From Candidatus Latescibacterota bacterium (GTDB taxonomy: Bacteria; Latescibacterota; UBA2968; UBA8231), in the NCBI GenBank assembly GCA_963422735.1, contig OY730476.1:4736001-4800000 (forward strand): a stretch of 64,000 bases of DNA, written 5' to 3'. Made by a program: the position numbers and the translations under genes. Positions within the stretch are counted from its first letter, which is position 1. Each line of letters starts with the position of its first letter. Below, one piece after another: positions 9,673-17,357 of this stretch. The notes under the pieces were generated by a model. That model was not told the DNA's origin. It worked only from the letters and a program-made list of their open reading frames with translations, and made no database searches.

Positions 9673-9818
9673 GTCGGCTGCCCGGCGTAGCGCTGTCGGT
9701 CGTCCGTACTGGGAGCAAATTCGGACGGCACCGGCTCGCAGTACTCTTGGCGGCTCGCCGGCGCTAGGGTGCGCCACACGAGGAATCGCTTGCGCAGCAC
9801 GTTGAGGATTTGGCTCAT
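9669..9818 (-). CDS. 49-aa ORF: duplicated 3' end of the FtsX-like gene, coupled (ATGA) to the DUF6785 gene
   Basis: MSQILNVLRKRFLVWRTLAPASRQEY...QPT*; LNVLRKRFLVWRTL is identical to the C-terminus of 10586..15181; GAGGGG RBS-like sequence upstream. Confidence 0.6.
   Translation of the reverse strand: MSQILNVLRKRFLVWRTLAPASRQEYCEPVPSEFAPSTDDRQRYAGQPT
9768..9808. repeat. 41-bp perfect direct repeat, copy 1
   Basis: GGTGCGCCACACGAGGAATCGCTTGCGCAGCACGTTGAGGA, identical at 10664-10704. Confidence 0.97.
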
Positions 9819-9851
9819 GCCCCCTCGATCTTCTTGCGACTCTTCACGGCT

Positions 9852-10232
9852 TCAAACCTCCATGGTGACCACATCGTATCGCGGAATGTGGCCATCCCGG
9901 GTCACGAGGATCAACTCTTCGGTTCGAGCTTGGGCAATCAGCAACCGATCAAATGGATCCCGGTGGTACATTGGAAGGATGCCGGCCTGCTCAGCGTGAC
10001 GGAACGTCAGCGGAAGGTGAGTGAAACCCTTTTCCTCAACCAACCTCGACAGATTATCCGGAGCGACTAAGCGACCCTTTGCCCGCTTGACCGCGATTTC
10101 CCACCCGGTGATGGCACTAACGAAGACGTCATTGTGCGGATCGGCGATTGTGGCAAGGGTATCTTCGGCTAGTTGCTCAACATCGGATAGCCACCATAAA
10201 AAGGTGTGGGTGTCCAACAGTAGCTGCGACAT
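9852..10232 (-). CDS. vapC: PIN-domain toxin
   Basis: LLLDTH, SAIT.WEIA.K, HRDPFDR.LIAQA and LVTRD motifs. Confidence 0.95.
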   Translation of the reverse strand: MSQLLLDTHTFLWWLSDVEQLAEDTLATIADPHNDVFVSAITGWEIAVKRAKGRLVAPDNLSRLVEEKGFTHLPLTFRHAEQAGILPMYHRDPFDRLLIAQARTEELILVTRDGHIPRYDVVTMEV

Positions 10233-10234
10233 CG

Positions 10235-10489
10235 CTAACGCTTATCTGGAAAAATTTTCGCGTTCTCAAGCAGATCCATGAGTTCTTCATCGGGATCGTC
10301 GAAGTCTGGAGACATCCAGATCTTTCCTTCTAGCCCACCAGGCTGACGTTCCTCCAGCCGATCCCGATACGGTTCCAGCCGCAAATACGGCTCGCCGGCC
10401 TTGGCGATCACAATTTCTTCCCCGGCCCAAGCCAACTTGCCTAAGCGCGAAAGTTGCGATTTGGCCTCGTGCATGTTCACCTTCGTCAT
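10235..10489 (-). CDS. vapB: Phd/YefM-family antitoxin
   Basis: VNMHEAKSQLSRL...GEEIVIAKAG.P; acidic tail DFDDP; directly upstream of vapC. Confidence 0.93.
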   Translation of the reverse strand: MTKVNMHEAKSQLSRLGKLAWAGEEIVIAKAGEPYLRLEPYRDRLEERQPGGLEGKIWMSPDFDDPDEELMDLLENAKIFPDKR

Positions 10490-10503
10490 TGTGAATCCTC
10501 CGA

Positions 10504-10547
10504 TAGCTAAGTTAAGCTAAGTCTATTTTGTGGCGGGGCCTTGTCAA
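10504..10547 (-). promoter_or_regulatory. vapBC promoter with candidate operator
   Basis: TTGACA-16 nt-TAGACT on the minus strand; repeated ACTTAGCT overlapping the -10 and start site. Confidence 0.65.
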
Positions 10548-10585
10548 GGGCGAACGGCAAGCGGTCTAGCGAGCAGACTTTGGCC

Positions 10586-13500
10586 CTACACCGCCTGCTG
10601 CCCAGCCCCGGCAAATGCCTCTTCCACCTCGTCCTGATACCCTTGACGGATCCCCGGCGACAAGGTGCGCCACACGAGGAATCGCTTGCGCAGCACGTTG
10701 AGGAACTTGCGATTCATCCGCTGCCAAGAAGCCACATCGCCGCTGAGGCGCTCGATATGGGTCTCGATCTTGTAGATGTGGTGCTCGCCGGTGGGAGTCG
10801 CCAGCAGGCGCACCTTTTGGCTGATCCCTAGGTCGTAGGGCGCCAGCCAAGTGCGCATGGCAATGGCGTAGGACGGCCCCGGCCCCTCTGCGGCGACGGA
10901 CAGCTCGACATTGCGGGCGATGAAATCGCCGATTGAGCCTTCGCCATACGCGGCGAAGACCGACTTGAGATACACGTACATGCTCGGCACTTCGGCCCCG
11001 GCGACCGTGAAGGGAAAGTCAAAGCGCCAGTGGCCGCCGATGGGTGGGGGGAGTTGCCATTGCCGCGTCACATCTGGGACGGCCATGTTGGCCGCCAAGC
11101 GCGCTGGATACAAGGTCGATAAATAGACCGTGCCGATGACGATGAGCGTAGCCCACACCGCAGAAAGCGATGAATAGTTGAGCGTCAGGCCAGCGAGCAG
11201 CCCGTATTGCAGCATGAACAGATGGGCAATTTGGCCCAAGGCGTAGCCAACCACCGCGCCAAAGGTGGCAAAGACTGCGGATTCGGCCAAAAACAGCAGG
11301 CCGATGTGGCTGGGAGCCAAGCCGACGACGCTGTAGATGCCGATTTCGCGCACGCGCTCATACACGGCCCCCATCATGGTATTGAGCACGATCAAGGCGG
11401 CGATGATTACCGGCACCAAAAGCTGGCCGGCCCCGCTTATTTGGGTGGATCCGATCGAGCTGTAGGCCACCACGCGATCGCCTTGGCCGACGAACAAGGT
11501 CAGCGCAACCCGCGACATAAAGGACTCCACGCGCTGGACGAATTCCGGGTTGTCCGCGTCTGCGGCAATGGCGATGGAGCGCAGACGGCCGTCCATGTCG
11601 CGGACGCGCTGGTAGGGCAAGAAGAGGGTGTTGACCACTTCGAGGTGGTTGAAGGTTTCGACCGCGGTGGCCGCCAAGGCGCGCGGATCCTCGGTGCTCT
11701 CGCGAGTGATTAGGCCGGCGTCTTTGACCGTATCGACGGGCGTTAGGCGTTCGCCATCGAGATCGACGACCTCTTTCAGGGCCGCGCTGTCGAACAGGCC
11801 GATGACCTGGTACTCCTCGCCGTAGAGCGCGATGGCAGCCGTACCCACATCCTCGGCCCCAATGCCGACGAGCGCGGCTAGGCTGTCGGGCAAAATGACG
11901 GCCTTGTCGTCGCCCGCGGCGAAGAAGCGGCCGGCCGAGAGGTGCGCGTCGAGGCCCGTGACCTCTGCTTCGGCTGGCTGTAGGCCCACCAAGCCGTGCG
12001 CGAAACTAGCCGCGCCGGTCGCGGTGACTGCAAAGTCGATATAGGCCCGCTCGGATTCGACCGGCGACAAGTACCAAGCGCGCGGCACGACCAAGGCGCG
12101 GTCGCCGAACGCGCTCTGCACGTAGTCCAAAATGGAATCCTGCATGCCGCGCCAAGCGCGATCGCGGATGAGGCCGCCCTCGTACAGAGGCGGGGTGTCG
12201 CGCGGTAGGCGATAGAAGTCGAGGCTGGACTTGACCGAAGTAAAGGAATTGACGGTAAAGGTCAAAAAGGTCAGGGTCGCGGCCGTCAGCGCGGTGCGCA
12301 GGCGGCGCTTGCTCAAGTTGGAGATGCCCAACAGCACGGCCGCAAAACCCGCGGCGAGGCGGCCCACGTCGGTCTCGTGCAGGCCCGCGGCCGCGCCCTT
12401 GCGCCGTTGCAGCAGCGCCTTGAAGCGCGCGACGACGATGCAGATGACGAGGACGCCCAAGGCGAGGATGACAAACGCGAGGAAGATGATGTACGGCGAG
12501 GTGCTCAACTTGAAGGCCGGATGGACGAAGCGCAAAATTAAAAACACGAGGACGAAGATGCCGACAAAGCCGGCAATTTGCCGCCGCACGTCCGGGAAGC
12601 CGAAGAAGAATCGCTCGCAGAAGAAGGCAAAAGGCAACAGGAGCGCGAAGTAGAAAATCACCGCGCGGACCGCGTCGTTGGCAGTAGCCTTGACTTCCGG
12701 GTAGATGCGGGCCTCCAGCCCGAGGGCGCGGCGGACCGCGCGCTGGTAGCCGGTGTAATCGAAAGCCGCGAGTTTGTCGCGGGCTTCGAGCAGGGCCTCC
12801 CGCGCTTGGTCGTGCATGGCCTGTACCTGTTCGAGGACGATGCCGTGGCGCACCATTTGTTTGATCCGCGCCTCGTCGAGGATCCAGATGTCGCGGGCCG
12901 CTTGCAATGCTGGGTAGGGAATGAGGCCTTGTTCGACCGGGAAGCCCGCGCCCTGTGCCCGCTCAATGGTCGCCAGATCGACGCGGGCCGGGTCGAGATC
13001 GGCGAACAGGGCTGAGTCCGCATTGGTGAGCATGTAGCGCACGCCGGCGAGTGCGCTCTCGCCGCCAAAGGCACCCTCGCCCGCGAGAATTTTGACGCGG
13101 GTGCCCGGTTCGGCGAACACCACGCCGGCCTGCACCACCCGCTCCTGCACTGCGCTTTGGTTTTCGATGTAGCTGAGGGAAAACGAGCGCGGCGGGGCGT
13201 CGTTGGTGCCGAGGACATTGACGCGGTCCATGGCGGATAGATAGCGCGGATCAACCACCTTCAAGAAGCTGAGGGCGCGGCAGCGAAAGAGAACCTGCAA
13301 CATGCGGTTTTCCCACCATCCATAAGGCTGGATGCCCGGATAGGTTTTGTCGCCCTCCTCGCCGAGGTCGGGCGCGGAGACGATGCGCCCATATTCGTCG
13401 AGTTCAAAGGCTTGTACTCGGTTGGCAAAGCGGTTGCGCACGATGTCGAACTTAAAGTAGCCTGTTTCGTCCCCATGCGTGACCATAAGGGTGCGTACGC

Positions 13501-15181
13501 CAGCTACGGAGTTGGGGCCGGGCTGGAGATAGGTGACGAGGGCTTGGGGCACTGGGGCCTTGGGCACGGCAAAATTTACGTCGCGGTCGAACCAGTAGAT
13601 ATTGCCCTCTAGGCTGTGCCCCCAATCGCGCAGGGTCAGCTTGGTGTCGTTGAAAAAGTCCGGGTCGGAAGCGGCTTTGAGCAGCAGTCCGGCTATGGTG
13701 CGGGTCTGTTCGGCGAGGTTGTCGAGCGCGACGAATTCGAGCCGATCGAGGGGCGTATCGATGCGCTGGCGCAGTTGGTTGGGCGTGACGAAAGAAAGCG
13801 CCTCCTTGCCCACGAAGGCCGCCGCCTCGCTGTCGAGGGCCAGCCGCACGGGCATGAAGTTTTTCCACACCCGTTTCTGCGGAGCAATAGCGTCTTGGTA
13901 GCGAGTCGAGTCGGCGAAAATCTCGCGGTTATAGCGAGCAAAACGCGAGGCGTAGTGCGCCATCAAGTTCTTCTGATAGTCGTCGTTGCGCCAAGCCGAG
14001 TTGTAGAACGTGCCCATGGTGAAGCTGCCAACCCGGGGGCTGTGGCTGGCCAAGTCGAGGCCGACGAAGAGGCGGAAGTCGATGCGCTCAGCGGGTGGGA
14101 TCTGGTCGCGGAAATGCTCGCTTTTGCGTGCGTGGCGGTAGAGAAAATCGTTGACGCCGGCCAAGCCCTGAAAATGCCCGGGAGTGGCCAAAAAGAGCAC
14201 GGTGTAGCGGGTGCCTTCAGCGACGAGCAGACGCGCGATTTCGAGCAGCGCGGCCATGCCGGTCGCGCTCTCGGCCCCCGGGGCTAGGGCGGGGACGACC
14301 GAGATCGCATCGTAGTGAGCTTGCAGGACGATGATTTGGTCGCCCCACTGCTGGATTTCGCGGCGCTGGCCGCGCGGCATGTCCTCGGCCAAGCCCGGGA
14401 GGACGGCGAATATATTGCGCGCCCGGATCTGCTCCCAGTCCATGCGCGCTTTGAGATGCACCTCGGCATTGCCGGTGCTCGCTTGCTGCCGCAGGACTTC
14501 GGCGTCGGCCGCTTCTACCCAAAAGCGCGGGATGTCCACGGGCACTTGGAGGAATTTCTCGGCGGCCTCACTGCGCGTGACGCGGCCATCGTCGTACAGC
14601 AAGATAGCCTGCGCTCCCAAGGCCCGTGCTTCGACATGGGCGTTGCCCGAGCCAAATCCCATCAGCGCGATGCTGCCCGCTAGCCGCTTCCCGTCCATCT
14701 CGGCCAAGCGGCCGCGCCCCAAGTCTATGAGGTGGCCGGAGATGCCGCCCGGCGGCAGGGACGGTGGGCGCACGTGGTTGGGCCACAATCCGTAGATGGG
14801 GATGGTCGCGTCCGAGCCGGCCAAGCGCAGCCGACCGCCGCGATCTAGGGGGACGGAAAGGGGAAAAAATTCGCTGGTGACTTGGAGGCCGAGGCCGCGG
14901 AATTCCCCTTCGATATAGCGGGCTGCGTTCGCGGCCCCCGCATAGCCGGTGATTCGAGACGAGTCCGCAGTGAGGATGCGGAGATGCCGCTCTAGGTCGG
15001 CAGCGTTTATTTGCGCGACGGCTTCGCGCAGCGAGGGTGCTTGGTTGGTGGGCGGAGATTCGCGCAGCGGTACCCAGCCAATGGCCCGTTCAATCCAGCG
15101 CGAAATCGCAGCCGGATCAAAGGCCGTGACCGATAACAGGAAGAAGGCCGCGGTGGCGAACAGGAGGAATTTGGTCAGCAT
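10586..15181 (-). CDS. 1531-aa fusion: PA + M28/nicalin-like domain, TM block, MacB/FtsX-like permease
   Basis: AHYD...APGAES..G...LLE..RL in the N-terminal domain; RRLRT.LT MacB-type start; ER.REIG..S.VG..P FtsX motif. Confidence 0.8.
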   Translation of the reverse strand: MLTKFLLFATAAFFLLSVTAFDPAAISRWIERAIGWVPLRESPPTNQAPSLREAVAQINAADLERHLRILTADSSRITGYAGAANAARYIEGEFRGLGLQVTSEFFPLSVPLDRGGRLRLAGSDATIPIYGLWPNHVRPPSLPPGGISGHLIDLGRGRLAEMDGKRLAGSIALMGFGSGNAHVEARALGAQAILLYDDGRVTRSEAAEKFLQVPVDIPRFWVEAADAEVLRQQASTGNAEVHLKARMDWEQIRARNIFAVLPGLAEDMPRGQRREIQQWGDQIIVLQAHYDAISVVPALAPGAESATGMAALLEIARLLVAEGTRYTVLFLATPGHFQGLAGVNDFLYRHARKSEHFRDQIPPAERIDFRLFVGLDLASHSPRVGSFTMGTFYNSAWRNDDYQKNLMAHYASRFARYNREIFADSTRYQDAIAPQKRVWKNFMPVRLALDSEAAAFVGKEALSFVTPNQLRQRIDTPLDRLEFVALDNLAEQTRTIAGLLLKAASDPDFFNDTKLTLRDWGHSLEGNIYWFDRDVNFAVPKAPVPQALVTYLQPGPNSVAGVRTLMVTHGDETGYFKFDIVRNRFANRVQAFELDEYGRIVSAPDLGEEGDKTYPGIQPYGWWENRMLQVLFRCRALSFLKVVDPRYLSAMDRVNVLGTNDAPPRSFSLSYIENQSAVQERVVQAGVVFAEPGTRVKILAGEGAFGGESALAGVRYMLTNADSALFADLDPARVDLATIERAQGAGFPVEQGLIPYPALQAARDIWILDEARIKQMVRHGIVLEQVQAMHDQAREALLEARDKLAAFDYTGYQRAVRRALGLEARIYPEVKATANDAVRAVIFYFALLLPFAFFCERFFFGFPDVRRQIAGFVGIFVLVFLILRFVHPAFKLSTSPYIIFLAFVILALGVLVICIVVARFKALLQRRKGAAAGLHETDVGRLAAGFAAVLLGISNLSKRRLRTALTAATLTFLTFTVNSFTSVKSSLDFYRLPRDTPPLYEGGLIRDRAWRGMQDSILDYVQSAFGDRALVVPRAWYLSPVESERAYIDFAVTATGAASFAHGLVGLQPAEAEVTGLDAHLSAGRFFAAGDDKAVILPDSLAALVGIGAEDVGTAAIALYGEEYQVIGLFDSAALKEVVDLDGERLTPVDTVKDAGLITRESTEDPRALAATAVETFNHLEVVNTLFLPYQRVRDMDGRLRSIAIAADADNPEFVQRVESFMSRVALTLFVGQGDRVVAYSSIGSTQISGAGQLLVPVIIAALIVLNTMMGAVYERVREIGIYSVVGLAPSHIGLLFLAESAVFATFGAVVGYALGQIAHLFMLQYGLLAGLTLNYSSLSAVWATLIVIGTVYLSTLYPARLAANMAVPDVTRQWQLPPPIGGHWRFDFPFTVAGAEVPSMYVYLKSVFAAYGEGSIGDFIARNVELSVAAEGPGPSYAIAMRTWLAPYDLGISQKVRLLATPTGEHHIYKIETHIERLSGDVASWQRMNRKFLNVLRKRFLVWRTLSPGIRQGYQDEVEEAFAGAGQQAV
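10664..10704. repeat. 41-bp perfect direct repeat, copy 2 (inside the 3' end of the FtsX-like gene)
   Basis: Identical to 9768-9808. Confidence 0.97.
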
Positions 15182-15209
15182 TGATGAACGGGTGCCGGGC
15201 AGCGGACAG

Positions 15210-15236
15210 AAAAAGAGGCAGGCCGCGGCCTGCCCC
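15210..15236 (-). terminator. Intrinsic terminator
   Basis: GGCAGGCCGCGGCCTGCC hairpin followed by TCTTTTT on the minus strand. Confidence 0.75.
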
Positions 15237-15262
15237 TAGGCTATTCAACTGGACCAACCCGG

Positions 15263-16027
15263 CTAGTTGGCCGCCAACTTGTCGATGTTTTTGACCTTCT
15301 CAATGTCGCGTTTAAAGCGGAAGCGGAGGTCAATGGTCTCTATGGGTTCGTTGCGGAAGTCGTAGCGCAGCCCAAACTCGGGAATCTCAACGGTGATCTC
15401 GGCGACGTCGTCGTGAATTTTAGAGAAGACCACGTAGCCCTCGACCTCTTGCCCCGAGAAGCAAAACTCGTCGTCTGGGTACTTGGCTTGGGTGTAGATA
15501 GCGTAGCGCTCGTTGTAGCGCATATAGCCCAAACCGTTGAAGGCCAGTGGGAAACGCCTGAAGTACTCTTCTACGTCATAACTTCCCCAAGGATAATAGT
15601 GCCGCCCATTTGCCGACTCCGCGGTTACCATCAGCGGGTCGAACTTGACCTTGGGGTATTCATAGTTTTTGACCGCGATCTTGAAGATGGACAAGCGCTG
15701 CGGCGACTTGCCCGTACGCGGATCAATCCAATTGCCATAGGTGAACGGATTGGACGGTAGTTCGTCGGCCGGACCACTGGCGTTGGTGGACTCGGCCGGG
15801 TACTGGCGGTTGATCTCCTCATCGGTCATGGGCCGCACGGACACTTCGAGGCGGTTCTGCACGAAAGTGACCGTGCCATCGTCGAGGATTTTCATGCTCG
15901 ACCCTTGAATATCGGTCTGTTGCTGGGATGCCTCTAAGGGCTGAAACAGCCCGGGGACTAGGTAGTGGCCGCAGCCCAACAAGAGGGCCGCAGCGGCGAG
16001 GATGGAAATTTTTTGGTAAGCGTACAT
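15263..16027 (-). CDS. Lipoprotein of unknown function
   Basis: RBS GAGGAG; MYAYQKISILAAAALLLGC lipobox; beta-rich body. Confidence 0.8.
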   Translation of the reverse strand: MYAYQKISILAAAALLLGCGHYLVPGLFQPLEASQQQTDIQGSSMKILDDGTVTFVQNRLEVSVRPMTDEEINRQYPAESTNASGPADELPSNPFTYGNWIDPRTGKSPQRLSIFKIAVKNYEYPKVKFDPLMVTAESANGRHYYPWGSYDVEEYFRRFPLAFNGLGYMRYNERYAIYTQAKYPDDEFCFSGQEVEGYVVFSKIHDDVAEITVEIPEFGLRYDFRNEPIETIDLRFRFKRDIEKVKNIDKLAAN

Positions 16028-16049
16028 GGAATACTCCTCTCTGACGGAC

Positions 16050-17357
16050 TTATCGCTCGACTGGATTTGCAGCCTGTCTCCGCCGGGATACAAATTCCCC
16101 AAACGGTCCTTCCTCCACCGCGATGACCGCAGCGTATTTCTCGCGCAGTTGCTCGATGTAGCGGTCGAATAGGGGCGCGGCTTGGGCGTCGCGCAAATCG
16201 CGCGCGACTTGCGTTTGCAATTCTCGCTCGAGCGCGTTCGAGCGGGTGTAGCGTTGCGCGTTGGCCTCGTAAAAGGCGCGTACCTGCGTGGGGTCAATCT
16301 GGATGTGGGCGAATATCTCTCGCTCCCACAAGGCTTGGATCAGCTTCTGTTCGCGCACCTTTGCGCGGCGCGGCTCCAACTCGGCGTAAAAATTGTGCTT
16401 GTGCGCCTCCTGCGGCAGGATCTGGTCGGCGACAAAGGCCCGCGTCACCTTGAACCCGAGGACGCTGACATCGGCCGGCAGCGGCTCGGCGTCTGCACCG
16501 AGCCGGACGAGGGCCTGCTGGTAGTCTGCCGCACTCCAGGCACCCGCGACACTGCTGACCAACCGCACTTCCGGTCGCGCCGCGCCCGCGGCGACCTGTC
16601 GCAACGCGGCCGTGTCTAACTGCACAGCGTACTGATTTGTCAACTTCTCCAGATAGGCCAAGTTCGCCTGTTGCTTCTTGTGTCGGCTTAGGGCCGCTTC
16701 CACGAGCGGGCGGCGGTCCGCCAACGCGACTTCGCGTTCAGCAGCAATGGTTATTACCCAATACTGCCCGTTGGTTTCCACCAACTCAACGTCTCCCACC
16801 TCGCGCAGGAAAAGGGCGGCCACCCGCGCGTCGTGCGCGTTGAGCGCGTTGAGCCACCCGCTCTCGCTCCACTCCCCGGGCAAATCCGCTCCATCCTGAG
16901 CTTTTCTGAGCATCTCCATGGCTGCGGCCCGCTCGCGCACGGGCAAGCGACGCAGGCGAATTTCGCGTGCCGCGCCCGATTCGGCGAAGAATTCTGCAAG
17001 CTCAGTTTCCGCATAAGCCAACTGCTGGCCCATTTCGCGCACGAGCAATGCTTCGACTAGCTCCTTGCGTTCCCAAGCCGCCACTGCACTGGCGACCGCT
17101 TCGTCTAGCCCTTGGGCGCGGGCTTCGAGCAGCAGGAGCTCCTTGTCGATGAGTGCCTGAAATTGGCGTCGCCAATCCGCGAGAGTCTGGGCTTGGCTAC
17201 CGGCGGGTAGCTTTTCTAGGGCAGCGACAAAATCCTGCGCGCTAATCTCGGCCTCACCCACTCGGGCGAGGATCGCCGACGCGCTTTCTGGCGGCGCGTC
17301 GGCGCAGGCTGAGAATCCCAAAGCGAGGAGGGCCACCTGTGGCTTTAGAAGCTCCAT
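16050..17357 (-). CDS. SurA/PrsA-like foldase lipoprotein (degenerate parvulin domain)
   Basis: Lipobox FSAC; LARVGEAEIS; LIDKELLLLEARAQGL; paralogous to 33820 and 47191. Confidence 0.75.
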   Translation of the reverse strand: MELLKPQVALLALGFSACADAPPESASAILARVGEAEISAQDFVAALEKLPAGSQAQTLADWRRQFQALIDKELLLLEARAQGLDEAVASAVAAWERKELVEALLVREMGQQLAYAETELAEFFAESGAAREIRLRRLPVRERAAAMEMLRKAQDGADLPGEWSESGWLNALNAHDARVAALFLREVGDVELVETNGQYWVITIAAEREVALADRRPLVEAALSRHKKQQANLAYLEKLTNQYAVQLDTAALRQVAAGAARPEVRLVSSVAGAWSAADYQQALVRLGADAEPLPADVSVLGFKVTRAFVADQILPQEAHKHNFYAELEPRRAKVREQKLIQALWEREIFAHIQIDPTQVRAFYEANAQRYTRSNALERELQTQVARDLRDAQAAPLFDRYIEQLREKYAAVIAVEEGPFGEFVSRRRQAANPVER

